Source: Negaprion brevirostris (lineage: Eukaryota). From it: a DNA stretch of 64,000 bases. Positions 1 through 13,950 of the stretch are shown one piece after another; the stretch's first letter is position 1; each line of letters starts with the position of its first letter. The notes under the pieces were generated by a model. That model made no database searches. It was not told where the DNA came from and saw nothing but the letters and a program-made list of their open reading frames with translations. Location of the stretch: assembly GCA_030324005.1 (NCBI GenBank), contig JARDVH010000097.1:56768383-56832382 (forward strand). Reading direction: 5' to 3'. The position numbers and the translations under genes are program-made.

Positions 1-1030
1 TTAACAGGAGAGAGTGAATAGTTTAGGCCCATACTCTCTGGAATTTAGAAGAATGAGGGGATATCAAATTGAAGTAATCAAGATGATAAAAGGAATGGAT
101 GAAGTAGATGTAGAGCAGATGCTTCTATTGGTGGCGCATTCTAGGTCGAGAGGTCATAGTCTTAGGATAAAAGGTAGCAAATATAAAACAGAGTTGAGGG
201 GAAGCTGCTTCTGCCAAAGGGTTGTGAATCTATGAAATTCACTACCCCAAAGTGTGGTGGATGTGGGAACAGTGGGCAAATTTAAGGAGGAGTTAGACAG
301 ATTTTTAATTGGTAATGGGTTGAAAGGTTATGGGGAGAAGGCAGAAAAATGAGGATGAAGAGCATATCAGCCATGGTCGAATGGCAGAGATCGATGCATG
401 ATGAAGAATGCATCCTGGGATGGAACACTGAAGTTATGAAGAGAGGTTGGATAGGTTTGGTTTATTTTCATTGGAGCAGAGAAAACTGAGAGGCAACCTG
501 ATTGAGGTATATAAGATTATGAGGGACGTGGACAGAATGGATAAAGAGTGCCTGTTCCCCTTAGTTGAAGGCTCAGTCACAAGGGGACATTGGTTCAAGA
601 TGAGGGGCAGGTGGTGTAGAGGAGATGTGAGACAAAACCTTTTTACCCAGGGGGNNNNNNNNNNGAGACGGGCTGCCTCACATCCTTTAAAAAGGACTTG
701 GATGAGCACTTGGCTCATCATAACGCTATGGGCCAATTGCTGGTAAATGGGATTAGGCGGGAGGTCAGGTGTTTCTCATGTGTCAGTGCAGATTCGATGG
801 GCAAAAGGGCCTCTTCTGCACGTTATGATTTTATGATCCTGAGGGGATTTGACAGGTGAATGCTGAAAGAATGGCTCCCTTTGTGAGAGAGACTAGAATT
901 AGGAGTCACAGTTTAAAAATAAGGGGTTTCCGCTTCAAGATGGAGGTGAGAATATTCTCTGAGGTCCATGAGGTCCATGTGGAACACGCTTCCCCCTGAG
1001 AGACAGATGGAGGCAGGATCATTGAATGTT
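1..1030 (+). mobile_element. Cluster of CR1-type LINE 3' fragments (about 1-415, 436-840, 840-1030)
   Basis: ORFs 14-235 and 447-746 resemble the CR1 ORF2 C-terminus (LYSLEFRRMRG..SRSRGHSLRIKG; LFSLEQRKLRGNLIEVYKIM..TRGH). They are followed by a 3' UTR ending in tatgat-type repeats. Confidence 0.85.
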
Positions 1031-1420
1031 TACACTGGGAGGGATTTTCAGTGATGCCCACAGTGCGTTTTGCAGCATTGGAGATAGCCTGCCATTGATT
1101 GGTATCAATGGGGTTTTCTGTTGTATGCAGCCCTTGCTACTGGGAAACCAACGGAGGAGGTTCATTGTCAGTGGGACTGGGAGATCCAGCTGGCAGAAAT
1201 GATCACCTACAATACAAGTCAGAGAATTTATTGGCTTTTAATCAGATTAATTTCTCTTTTCTTTTAACACTAGCTACTTTAAATTTCTCACTCTCATTTG
1301 AGCCTTGATTCTACATTAATTGTTACATCTTAGTGTCTTGTGATATCTTCATAAATTATCTCTGCCATTTCCTTATTCCCCACTATAATTTGTCTTGTTT
1401 CAACCACCTAAGACCCCATA

Positions 1421-1543
1421 AATGGGATTTTACAGCCTCGCTTGGGCGAGGCCGGAAATTCCCGCCAGAGTCAACGGAGATTTCCGTTGTCGGATCTTCC
1501 CCTGCTCCAATTCTGTGGCAGGTGAGGTAATAGAGTTCTGCCC
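1421..1543. mobile_element. ~125-bp MITE, family A
   Basis: Termini are GGGATTTT...GTTCTGCCC. The core (gtcaacgga..ttcc..ctccaattc.gtggc) is shared with 6751-6883, 41787-41913 and the split copy at 35481-35838. Confidence 0.6.
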
Positions 1544-2006
1544 AATGTCTACCTTTGTTTTTCTCTTTCTTTTACGTACTGCATAAAGATTTTACAATCT
1601 GCTTTGTATTTTTGTGTTTCTAATGAATTCATCTACATTCAGGATGGTATTTCTTGCTAGTTTACTTTGTGCCTTTTTTTCTGTAAAGCACAATTTCCTC
1701 AAAATACTTGATGCTATGCAGAACCTGAAAACTTTCAGATCTAATGCAGCTCATATAAGCCATTCATATCGAACACAGTGCTGGGGGCAATCTATCTTCT
1801 GACCTCAGAGTGTCCCTACGGCTGAATCTGCAGAGTATGTAAATACTTTTTCAAACTGTAGTAATAACCATGACCTTGAGTAGTTTTCTGTGGCAGTAAG
1901 GCAAGACTTTTGTGTATGTATTATTTAATTGTTATGACCTGAAATAAAAGTTAGAATATGATAGGCTTCGGATTCTTATACTGGTTGGTGCTTTACTGTT
2001 TTTCAG

Positions 2007-2207
2007 TGGACTGCTTAGACTCGACATGCTCTGGACGAGGAATATGTGTTCGTGGAGAATGCCACTGTTCCACTGGCTGGGGTGGACCCAACTGCGAGAC
2101 TCCAAGAACAGCTTGTGCTGACCAGTGTTCAGGGCATGGGACATTCCTACCAGATTCAAAGACCTGTAACTGTGATCTTCCCTGGACAGGCCATGATTGT
2201 TCTATGG
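2007..2207 (+). CDS. TENM4: Teneurin (TENM4-like) internal coding exon, EGF-like repeats
   Basis: Acceptor ttttcag| and donor |gtaata; 201 nt, phase 1-1. Translates to [67 protein letters not shown], which matches the teneurin-4 EGF repeats as I recall them. Confidence 0.95.
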
Positions 2208-2431
2208 GTAATACACTCAACTATTTCAACTTTCTTATAAGGGGCACAGTTGGCCAATTTTCCACAGCTTTGTTGCGATGAAATCAAGCAGGGTCTGTAA
2301 CATGTTACTCATTCCTTGGTGATGTCTGCAGCACAGTGTCACCACCACATCTGACACTCAAGTTTTCACTCATTTAAAGAGGAATTGGTCATCAAAATTT
2401 GGAAGTATTGATGTCAAGTTCAAAACTGAGT

Positions 2432-2622
2432 CATAGAATCCCTACAGTGCAGAAAGAGGCCATTTGGCCCATCGAGTCTGCACCAACCACAATCCCACCC
2501 ATTCCTTACTCCCATATCCCTACATATTTACCTGCTAATACCTCCAACCTACACATCTCAGGACACTAAGGGGCAATTTTAGCATGGCCAATCAACCTAA
2601 CCCGCACATCTTTGGACTGTGG
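2432..2622 (-). mobile_element. HE1/V-type tRNA-derived SINE, 3' half, CR1-like tail; cut by an N gap
   Basis: Reverse complement reads ccacagtccaaagatgtgcgggttaggttgattggccatgctaaaattgcccctta...tctgcactgtagggattctatg. Confidence 0.85.
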
Positions 2623-3159
2623 NNNNNNNNNNNNNNNNNNNNNNNNNNNNNNNNNNNNNNNNNNNNNNNNNNNNNNNNNNNNNNNNNNNNNNNNNNNNNN
2701 NNNNNNNNNNNNNNNNNNNNNNNNNNNNNNNNNNNNNNNNNNNNNNNNNNNNNNNNNNNNNNNNNNNNNNNNNNNNNNNNNNNNNNNNNNNNNNNNNNNN
2801 NNNNNNNNNNNNNNNNNNNNNNNNNNNNNNNNNNNNNNNNNNNNNNNNNNNNNNNNATTTCCTTCAATCCATGCTTCCTGCAAATGAATCTTACATGTTT
2901 TTTTTCTATGATTATTATTTAAGCACAAGACCTACATGCGAATAATTGTGTGTTCAAATAATTCATCACAGAACATCTGCTGTTCCATATCTTAACCTTC
3001 ATTCAATACATTTGTCTTCTTCCTGTATATATAGCAGTTACGTAGCAAATGCATCCCTGGCTTCTAGATGTTTAGATACAATTTTAACATCTCATTAATT
3101 TTCCCTTTCTTCCAGCATGTCATAGAGCTAAATCCTGAATCTGCAGCACCCAGCAAGGA

Positions 3160-3449
3160 GTAAAGTAAAAGTAAAGTTAAAGTTTATTTATTGGTGTCAC
3201 AAGTAAGGCTGACATTAACACTGCAATGAAGTTACTGTGAAATTCCCCTAGTCGCCACAGTCAGGCGCCTCGGGTCAATGCACCTAACCAGTACGTCTTT
3301 CAGACTGTGGGAGGAAACCGGCGCGCCTGGGGGAAACCCACACAGATGCAGGGAGAATGTGCAAACTCCACACAGATAATGACCCAAGCCAGGAATCGAA
3401 CCCAGGTCCTTGGTGCTGTGAGGCAGCAGTGCTTACCACTGTGCTGCCC
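3160..3449 (-). mobile_element. V-type tRNA SINE with the alternative tail
   Basis: tRNA-like head, core ggtttcctcccacagtctgaaagac, and tail cacagtaacttcattgcagtgttaatgtcagccttacttgtgacaccaataaa followed by a simple repeat. Confidence 0.85.
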
Positions 3450-4702
3450 ACAAATAACTCATGTTATTCTCATGAGTGACTCATGCTGAGAGTGCTGTAG
3501 GCCTTTACCTCCTGATTTTTCACTCAATCAATAAAACAGATCCAGCTTAATTTTATCTGAACCCAGCCAGCTGATAGGCTATGAATCAGGCTACCTGTTA
3601 GATTCTATCAAATTGTATTGTTAACCAGCTCCAGTGAAGAGTAAAATTGAACACAATGTAAAATGGGTGGCCGCTCCTGTTAGTTTACTGCTGGACGAAG
3701 CAGGTTAGGTTGAAATGACCAGCAGTGAGTTTATGGTTTCTCACCTTTTGCATCTCAATGGTAGTGCCTAGTTGGGAAATTGGCCCTTATGTTGCATTTT
3801 TGTGAAACAGAGTTCAAATAAATGCAAGGAATATTATATGGTTTAATTGCATGTCGATAAACCATGGGCTGATTTTTACGCTGGGGATGAGATCCCCACC
3901 CTCTGCATAAATGTCAGGGACATGCTCACTCACACATGGTCACCTCACCCCACAACACTTTCATGGCCTTTGGGCAGTCAATTGGCTTGAAGTGAGACTT
4001 CCACCCCCATTGCGGGAGGCAGTCCCATCTCCAAGGGATGCCAGTCAATCCAACAGCACCACCTGGAGCAGTGACCACTGCTGGGACTGCAGCAAATCCC
4101 CAAAGAAAGCAATCTGCGATAGAATTGGACTTGATGTTAAGTCTGTGGTCTCATCAGGGCCTATGAGCCTGGCCCTGGCGAGGGGAATATTGAGCTGTGG
4201 TGGACAGGCAGGTGGGGAGAGGAAAATCATGGAGGTAGGGCCTGTTAGGGAGATTAATACAGCTATTCAGTTATAGCGTATTTCACTCTCTCACTCTCAA
4301 GAAAACCAGGTGAAAACTCTTAGAGTTTTAGACAAGGCCTTTATTAAAAACTATAATACAGGCTGGTCCCAGTGCTCCAACCAGTGGCTCACCAGGGGGG
4401 ACCTGATCCAAGAATTAAACAATAAGAATTTATTGTCACAATCCAGTTACAAGAAATTAGCATATACCAATCAAAGATTCACATTTGCACATATAGCATA
4501 TCTATATCCACTCACAACTATTGATCAGGTTTACATCATGAATACGTAAGGATATGTTGCCCAATTACAACTTGTACAAGTCTTTCTAATGATAATATCA
4601 GCTAGCAATAATAGCTATATGTCTGACTAATGGTATATAAACCTCCCATATCTTCCATCTCCATTGTCCCTTGCTCTAAGGGACATATATGCACTGCAGC
4701 TG

Positions 4703-5013
4703 CACCGTGGCAAAGTGACTAGCACTGCTGCCTCACAGAGCCAGGGACACCAGGCTTGCCTTGGATCAATGTTTGTGTGGAGTTTGCGCATTCTCCCTGT
4801 GTCTTCATGGTTTAGCTCCAGGTGCATCAGTTTTCTCCAACAGTCCAAAGATATGAGGGTTAGGTTGATTGGCTATGTTAAATTGCCCTATAGTGTCAGG
4901 AAGATCAGCAGGATAAATACAGGGAGTTCAGGGGATAGGGCCTGGGTGGAATTGTTGTCAATGTGGGCAGAATGGCCTCCTTTTTAGTGCTGCTGGGTTT
5001 CTATGATTCTATG
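4703..5013 (+). mobile_element. V-type tRNA SINE with CR1-like tail
   Basis: Head gtggcaaagtgactagcactgctgcctcacag, core cagtccaaagatatgagggttagg, tail ttctatgattctatg. Confidence 0.85.
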
Positions 5014-5586
5014 TTGTTCAACTGAATGGTCCTTGACTCTTATCTCGGTCTGTTTTAATCAAGNNNNNNNNNNNNNNNNNNNNNNNNNNNNNNNNNNNNN
5101 NNNNNNNNNNNNNNNNNNNNNAATTTTGATTTTGAAACTTGTGTGATTGCTAACCCTTTCAGGGGCTCTGATAGGTACAGGAGACTAAAAAGGGGGCACC
5201 TCTGCCATTCCCACGCACCAGCCTGTGGGTAAAATCCCATGTGCACTGGGATAAGACCAGCTTCGACTGTCCCACAGATGGGTGAGCATACCAGTAATCC
5301 CTTATGCTGCTGATAAAACTGTGGCAGAGATATGGTATTGAATTTTACAGTCTATCTCTGTGCCCACTTTTCCTAATGTTGGGTTCAGTATTTTTCCATT
5401 ATTTTAGCACTTTTCAGCCCTCACCCTTGCAGATCTTTCAATGAGACCACTCCTGCTGCTTCTTAGAAAATGGTTTGGCATGTTACTCATAGACAAAACA
5501 ATAACACCCTTCCACTTATTTAGCCCAGGCTTATCCACTTGCACTGTATCTCCTGATTATGTAATACAGCCAGAACCTAGAGTCAT

Positions 5587-6600
5587 AGGGGATCGATTCC
5601 CTAACCTCATCACGCCTGGCGTAGATCGTGCTGATCTCGGAGAATAACGTGCGAGCCTAAAATCGGTTCTGCACCCAAAACCTTTCCAATGCCGTGAACT
5701 GGATCACACCCAGAAAGATCGTGAAGGTGATTTGCATGAGATTGACTGGATTTCAATCTCATTGGCAGGTTCAGCACACAATCATCCCCCCCCCCCCCCC
5801 CCCCGTCCCAAAATGCTCCCACTTCTCTGGTGGGAGATTATGCTGGGGAGAATTACTACTGGACTTTGCTAATGGAGATCTGGCAAGCTGGCCACGCCGA
5901 GGGGCTCAGATGCCATGGAAACCCCTGGGAAGCTGGGGGCATGATCAAGCTGTGCCCACCAGGCACCCTGGCAGTGCCTACTGGGTACCTTGGTAGTGCC
6001 AGTTAGGTATCTGGCAGCGCCAGTTGTACATCGCTGATGTGCTCAGGGCAGCACCAAGGGGAAGGGTCCTGGATGGGCGTTATGACGGCGGGTCATGCAA
6101 GGGTGGACTATGTCAGGGCTCATGATGGAGGGAGGTGCTTGTCAGGGGGTCATGATGGGAGATCCATCGAAAGGGCCCCAATGGCAGCAACCCATGGGGT
6201 GAGGGGGAGAAACATGCTGCTGATGAAGTGTGGGGGTGGGAGCGGGGAGGGNNNNNNNNNNNNNNNNNNNNNNNNNNNNNNNNNNNNNNNNNNNNNNNNN
6301 NNNNNNNNNNNNNNNNNNNNNNNNNNNNNNNNNNNNNNNNNNNNNNNNNNNTGCACTGAGAGATCAGGGTGCCTTTGCAAAATGGTGCCCGAGCAATCTG
6401 AAGCTGGGTTTGCCAGCATGTTTAGGCACACCCCCCACCCCCACCAACACACACGCACACACAATACCAGCGCAAACCTCCCAATTCACCAAAAAAGTGA
6501 CTGAATTTGAGAGGATTGCGATGCGGAGCACGCCCGAGAGACTAGCGTGGATCACTCCTATTTTATCCATTGTGACACTTTTGAGAGAATTCCAGCTATG
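5587..6600. mobile_element. GC-rich non-autonomous DNA transposon-like element (Harbinger-like)
   Basis: GC-rich insert with ggcagtgcc-type internal repeats, also seen at about 38500, 42950, 44290 and 55190. Termini resemble the GG..ATT../..GAATTCC.. ends of local MITEs. Contains an N gap. Confidence 0.5.
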
Positions 6601-6750
6601 GTGTAATCTGACTCCAGCATGAAGCGGAGTATGATTCTTTGGAGGAATGAATTTAACCTCACTTTGGAGTCAGGTCAGATCTGACATCAAATTTATGCTG
6701 CTAAGGTGCAAGGATGAAGCGAAACCACTTTGCACATATGCAAAACCTAT

Positions 6751-6883
6751 GGGGTGGGATTTTCCAGACACATTCGTCCTGAGACTGGAAAACTCCANNN
6801 NNNNNNNAGGTCAACGGACCTTTGCGTGGTCCACCCCTGCCCACTACAATTCCGGTGGCGGGCAGGATGGGAAAATTCTGCGC
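6751..6883. mobile_element. MITE, family A
   Basis: Termini GGGGTGGGATTTTCC and GGAAAATTCTGCGC, plus the shared family A core. Confidence 0.65.
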
Positions 6884-9702
6884 AACGTGTCAATGCACCC
6901 CCTTCCCCAAAAGGAAATATGAACTCAGGACATGAAATCACTGCAGTAGTAACTCAGTATTTGCATCAAAATTAATGGATAGAAAAACATGGATTGTAAA
7001 TTGGGTACATTGGCCACCCTGCCCAAGTTCTTAATATTTGCTTCTATTGCATTGTGCTTTGTCTTGGGTACTAATTGGAAAGATATCTCCATAATTCACC
7101 ACCACCCCACCCCTGCACCGCCATTGCAATTTTAATTTTTAAATTGTTAGCCCCCTTCCTTTTCAGGATCCACCATTTCACAGTTTAGAAGGAAAGCAGA
7201 ATTTCTACTCTTAGTTTGCATGACTGTTGTGCAGCAATTGTTATGCTTTGGACAGGCACTANNNNNNNNNNNNNNNNNNNNNNNNNNNNNNNNNNNNNNN
7301 NNNNNNNNNNNNNNNNNNNNNNNNNNNNNNNNNNNNNNNNNNNNNNNNNNNNNNNNNNNNNAGGCACTAGTTGACCTGCACAATATATTTTCATCCCTTC
7401 CTGCTGGCAAGGCCTTGGCCTGCCACAAGTTCTTCTCAAAATAATGAGATTAGGATGGAGAAATCAGTGGTCAGGGACTTGTGGGTGTAGGCTGTTAACA
7501 CAGTGCATCAGTACACCAAACCTATTGCTGTAAATAAGCTTTCTCAAACACTGCTTATTTTTATACACTCAGTCATTTCAAAATTGAAAACCAAACTTCT
7601 TTTAATACTTTGGAGACTTGTTAGAATTCTGTTTGTGTTTCGTTTCATTCCTCTTGAACTTTTTGTTGTGCATTCGTAAGATTTGGTGACCTTGCTGTAA
7701 TAACTCAAGGATACTATCACACAATGTCGCGTGGTTTCCATAGCATTATTTATATGTAGAATTGAAAATAAGAAAGTTAATCCCCTAAAGTGTTGAACAG
7801 GGAGATAGCAGTTTGAAGGCAAGAGAAAAAATGAAAATTAAATATGGAAGATTATCTTTCTTCATCTGAGAAAGCTATAAACAGAAACTTAGTAAACATC
7901 CCCGTTTTTAAATCTATTTTGTGATCAGTGAGATCTCCTTTTTCACTGCTTAATAGACTATAAAACATTTAATATCGATAGCTTGGAACTCATCATTTGG
8001 CTGAACTTATGTTTAGAGTAGCTTTAGCAAAGAGCTACAAGAAGAAGTGAATACGTGGGATTGATGTGCATCCTGTTTTTGAGTTCCATGTCCTATTTTT
8101 GAAAGTGGCCACTTGTGTGTGTTCCTTTGTATCAAATAATTAAAACTTGAAAAATTCTGAATCCCTCTGTCAAGTCCAGCAGCATGTTAATCTTTACTAT
8201 TCTTTGTCTGGATCTCTGCCTATCCTGTTTTGAAAATTAACTTATTATTTCAATAATTAAAGTAAATTTTTTAGATTATAACTTCTGTTATATTTTCTAT
8301 AAACAAGGGGCTTGCAGAAAACTATTTGAAAATCCAGTTTATGTGAACGTGCCTGCTGAGATTTTACTTGAATAATTTAGAAAGCTTTCTAAAGTTTTTA
8401 TTGGAACTATTATTATTTTTGTCAGTCTGGCAAGCTTCGAGAAAATTCTCAAGTTCTATGCTATCAAACAACTATTTAATTCAACTTCATTCATCTGAAT
8501 CATAACAGTAGCAACTCTATAATTAAATATTTTTAAAATCCTAGGTTCGGATGTAACTGAAGCTTAAAACCAAGTGATTCTGTAATTAAAGTTTGACCAC
8601 TTAAGATCAACCATATTTGATCTGTTTAATCTGAATAGCTTTTATTTCAGGATGGCTACATGGAAGGTGCAAGTGACACATGGTCATTTTACAGAGCGTT
8701 TGAAGAGCATTTTTGTTTAGAAGTGAGATATATTGTGAAATTGCAACCAGTGCAATCTTTAGATTGTATTATTTCAAGTATTGAATCACGAATAGGATCT
8801 GCTTCTTCAGTTTTGGTCAGTAAGGATATCTGATAAAATTGCCTGTATTTTACTTAAGTGTTGACCTACCTTAAATAAACGGATCAACACTATTGTTAAA
8901 ACCGCAGACAGTAAAATGGCCTATAAAAATCCTTTGTTTGTATTTCTAATGAGGATGCTAACCTGTAGTTTGGCGGGTTGATGCTTCATTAAAAATAACA
9001 GAGGGATTTCATGCATTCTACGATTTATGAACATGTGATTAATATCACACAGTGCAATAGCTTCGCTGAAACCTACGTAAATGCAAATAAGGGTAAGAAA
9101 GTCCTGCTACACTAGAATCTCAATTTAAAAGCATACAAACATGTTGAGACACTTGAAATGTCTTGAAGTGAAAAAAATGTTTAGTTTGTCACTGTTATTA
9201 TCTTCTGAATCTTAAAAAAGCTCAAAGTAGAAAAGCTGAAGATCTTTGAGGATTTTTTTAAAAGTTGGCTCTATCTCTTTATCATACACAACAATATTGA
9301 ACAATCAACATTTTCTAAGATCATTCCTCTGAGTAGTGTGTTTATAAAATGTTTTCATTCAGTCTTAACTTTCTTACCATCTATCTTGCTTCATGCTACC
9401 ACTGACACATTTATAATTGAATGTGATATTTCATACATTTCCTGTAGAATCTCAGCTATCCTTTTTCGTCGCAAAAGGACAGTGAACAGTAATAGTTATC
9501 ATGAGCTGGTAAGAGAAATAGGTGGACCATTTGAGGATGGCCCCTGTAATCCTTATTTTATTGTAATCGTCTTATTAAATCCTTATTGTTGAAAGGAATT
9601 AACTACTAAGAATGTAAAAAATCCTTTTATTCCTGCTTGACCTAAGCACTGAACTGTTGCATCTTTGACAATAATACAAGGATTTGCCTGTGCCTCCCAC
9701 AG

Positions 9703-9888
9703 AGATTTGTGCAGTAGACTGTAGCGGCCATGGAGTTTGCATTGGAGGCACCTGTCGCTGTGACGAAGGCTGGATGGGGAGCATCTGTGATCAGCGAGCG
9801 TGTCACCCACGCTGCAGTGAGCATGGGACTTGTAAGGATGGCAAGTGTGAATGCAGCCCTGGATGGAATGGAGAGCACTGCACTATCG
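9703..9888 (+). CDS. TENM4: Teneurin (TENM4-like) coding exon, EGF-like repeats
   Basis: Acceptor cccacag| and donor |gtagga; 186 nt, phase 1-1. Translates to [62 protein letters not shown]. Confidence 0.96.
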
Positions 9889-11990
9889 GTAGGACTTAAG
9901 AAAAGCATGTTTAATCTATTTGTGCTACTTAGTCTAGCATGAGAGGTTTTTTAATGGGATTTTAAACTTCTGTTGTGAATTTTCATTTGTGAATGCATGA
10001 GTGACCTTTAGAGCAAAAGAGATGGGAACACTTTGGCCCTTTCATTGTTGAGTACATTTTGTGGCTTGCAGTATAGGAAGCCCCTTCTATCACCCTGTAG
10101 TCCAAAATCATATTTGTAAAAAGACTCTGATTTAATTGTAATAAGCAGATTCACTATGAATTGTGAGGCATTGACCAATACAGCTATAAGGAAGGTTTAA
10201 AATGTCAATAGAAGTAAGAATTCCCCCATATTGTTTCAAAATTTCTGTACTTTAGATCAATTTAGATTAGAATTGATTATTTAAAATTAATATCTAGTCA
10301 ATTTTATTGATAAATTTGGAGGCAATTTTGAAGCCAGTTTTACTTACATGACAGTGTCAGCTCTATTTAAACACTACAGTAATCTTATTCCATGCTATCA
10401 GTAACTATCTCTAGTCTGTAGGAATGTGGAGAGCAAATGTGCGCCTCAGTGGAATTTCATTACAAGATCTTAGCTTCAAAATACCTGCCGAACATTTGTG
10501 GTGTTGATAATCGGTGTTATGTTAGGTACGTGTGCAACATATGAACATATGAGACTTTGCAGCTTTAATAAATAGCACTCTAATGAAGATTAGCGGAGTG
10601 TCGTCCATTAAAGAAAGATTGCAATGAAGTTATTTTCATGATGTGAAATGTCACTTTATCCCACATGTGCACCATCTGTCCCAAGTTATTGCTGCACAGT
10701 TCTGTTTCATTAGTAACAGTTTGCTGCCATGAAAAGTCTCAACAACCTGTCATTTATTTTACCTATTACCTTACAGTTGCAGTAAGTAATAGTCTCCTGG
10801 TATAATACAAGCTTCAATAAGATGATCTATTGGAGTGTACATTATGTTCTTTGGAGATGCTTTTGGGGCCATCTTTTGATCTTCTCTGCTCTAGTAGAAA
10901 AAAGTCCATGACCTCTAATTTTGTTGATTATTGTTGAGATGCTTCACAATTCCTATGTGAATAGGAAATTTGTTACAACTGAGCCATCAAGCATAAGAAA
11001 AGATGAACCTGGGAACCTTTCAAAGAGAAACACATGGCTTCTCCTGAATAGTGATTGCCTTGGTCCGAAATCAATTGTATTTTAATGTAAAGTAGACTCT
11101 ACCAGACTCTACTTAGGGTATGTAATATTTCTCGGCAAAAATAAAATAATGAAAAAATAATTACTCTTTTGCCACCCTCTAACTGGTTAACAGTGTTGCT
11201 ACTTTCTTTTTGTGTCTTAGTCCTTGCATGGATGTTTACTTTATCTCTTGATGTTCTGTCTGTGCCAAGATGTGACTTGCTTTGCAAATAGGCATAACTG
11301 TGTCACATTTCTAAAGCATTTGCATGCACTCCTCTTCTAAAGCAACATAAAATGTTGGTCCTGTGTAAATGAAACGTAAAATTAAAACAAATGGTGATAT
11401 ATAAATCTGAAAACATATATCTATGAAAATTAATGCAAGATGAGCTGTTTTTACTTCACAGCACCATTCAGTAACATCTTGTTGCTTAACTGTTTATGGA
11501 TAGAGCTTTTCAGAGAAGTAGATTATTTATTTTTAGTATTGATCATCTGGACATTAACTTGTTTCAATTTATAGATAAAATGTTCTTTCAATAATAAGAT
11601 ATGTTACTGATATGATAAAATCTTTTAAGAAAATAAATTATTGATTCAGGCAAAATGGAGTTCAATAGAAGGGACATGATGATACAGTGGGGTAAGGAAG
11701 GTGGAACAGAGAGTGAGTGGTCTGCTTGTTCCCTGCCCCTCTCCGCCCCCTGTCTCAGCATGGCCAATCAACCACTGGACAATCAATTGGCAGTCTCCCG
11801 GGGACAAGCAGACACTTAGCAGTGTGGAGAGTTACTCCGACTGCAATCAAGCATCAAGGCTGGGACACCAAGTCGGAGAGGGGTGATGCCATGAACAGAA
11901 AGTTGGTAAAGGCTCTCTGCCCTCTCAATCTCTGCTTATTTCTCATGGCAACTCAAAGGAATGAATAATGGAAGTCAGAAATCACACACA

Positions 11991-12265
11991 GGTGGCACAG
12001 TGGTTAGCACTGCTGCTTCACAGTGCCAGGGATCCAGGTTCAATTCCCGGCTTGGGTCACTGTCGTGTGGAGTTTACACGTTCTCCCTGTGTCTATGTGG
12101 GTTTCCCCCGGGTGCTCCGGTTTCCTCCCACAGTCTGAAAGATGTGCTGGTTCGATGCATTGACCCGAATAGGTGCCAGAATGTGGCAACCAGGGGAATT
12201 CACAGTAACTTCATTGCAGTGCTAATGTAAGCCTTACTTGTGACTAATAAATAATAAATAAATAC
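11991..12265 (+). mobile_element. V-type tRNA SINE, full length, alternative tail
   Basis: Head ggtggcacagtggttagcactgctg (A box-like) and ggttcaattcc (B box-like); ends in (aata)n. Confidence 0.9.
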
Positions 12266-13641
12266 AAAGGCTGCTACATTTAGCAGCATACTCTGCAGCT
12301 ACATCCAGCTGTGGTACAATTGACAGGCCTTCTCTCCTGCACCTGGCCACCCTCTCATACTAGTTGTAAAGCACTCCTGTCTGATGTTTGAAAAAATGGA
12401 GTAGACAATGAAAAATTTTGTACAATAGGGTCATTAGCAAGGTCAATTGTTTGTTAAGTGATTATTTCAAATGACCTTGCCCACTTGCCTTCTGTAATAT
12501 TGGAAACTGGCATGATGACGTTAGATTGCCAACCTGATATCAGTACCTCAAAATATACATACACATGAAGATGAGGGGTGGAGGGGGTGTACCGTCCAAT
12601 TTGCAGCCATAAAATACAACCCCAGATTTCTGGATGTTTTCTACTGAGGTCACACCTTTGCTGAAAATCAAACACATTATTAAATACTCAGTGATTCTGG
12701 TGCCGAGGAAACAGTACTTACCACATTCAAAAAAATCCTTAAACCTTGTAAACACAAAGCAATATGAGTCAATTTATGCACTGCATCTTCATGATTAAAT
12801 CTTTAAGCACTGGTATAATTCTGGTGAACTTTGCTGTACCTACTCCAAGTCCAGAATATTTTTTATGAGGTGCGGTGCCAAAAACGGAACACACGACTCT
12901 AGATGGAGTGTGATCAAACCCCTACACAGCTGAAGCCAAACTTCCTCCCCTTTGAATTTCAATGTCCTTGATCTAAAGACTAATTTTTCATTAGGCTTTT
13001 TGAATATTTCTCCATTTGAGTGATAGAATCTTTCCGGACACTTGGAATAGTAAATTCAGGTGGGATATGTAATCCTTTAAAAACCTTATCCACATGTGAG
13101 ATGTTGGTTCTTTTGACACTGAATTTATTTTTCATTGGATAAATATATTGCTGCATTCTGTATTTTAGATCATTGCGATGTAAGAATGTTAGAAATAGAA
13201 GCAGGCATAAGCCATTTGGCCCTTCAAATTTCCTCCACTATTCAATAAGATCATGGTTGATCTAATTGTCCATTTTCCTGCCAACCCTTTGACATTCTCA
13301 CAGATCAAAAATCTGTCTAACTCTTAAATATATTCAATGACCCAGTCTTCACTGCTCTGTGGGAAGAGGATTTGAATGATAAATGATTCGCTGAAAGAAA
13401 ATATCCTCCCTCATCTCCATCTTAAATAGGAGATCCCTTTTTTGAAAATGCAGTGCTTTGGTATAGCTCCACCCTCTAGGGAAAACATTCAGTATCCACC
13501 CTGTCAAGCCTCCTCAGAATCCTATAAGTTCCAATAAGATCATCTCTCATTCTTCTGAACTTCTATACATATAGACCAAACCTGCTCAAGCTTTCCTCAA
13601 GAGACAGCTCCTGAGTCGTTGGAGAAACTAACCTGGTGCAT

Positions 13642-13950
13642 GGGTAGCATGGTGGCACAGTGGTTAGCACTGCTGTCTCAAAGGACCAGGGACCTGGGTT
13701 GCGTTCCCAGCTTGGGTCAGTGTCTGTGCGGAGCCTACATGCTCTCTTCACGTGTGCGTGAATTTCCTCCGAGTGCTCCAGTTTCCTCCCACAGTCCGAA
13801 AGTTATGCTGGTTAGGTGCATTGGCCATGCTAAACTCTCCCGTAGTGTACTCGCCTAGGTGCCGGAATGTGGGACTGGGGGATTTCAACACGTTGCAGTG
13901 TTAATATAAGCCTACTTCTGACACTAATAACAAAACTTAAACTTAAAAAC
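13642..13950 (+). mobile_element. V-type tRNA SINE (alternative tail) nested in the CR1
   Basis: Runs from ggtggcacagtggttagcactgctg to gcctacttctgacactaataa. Confidence 0.9.

Noticed and set aside
2566-2945. ORFs spanning N runs (also at about 6250, 7260, 24220, 39520, 47945, 55140 and 62245)
   Set aside because: They are open only because assembly gaps translate as X.
11991-12060. tRNA genes at SINE heads (here and at the other copies)
   Set aside because: The A/B-box-like sequences run directly into the SINE core and tail, and no complete cloverleaf is present.
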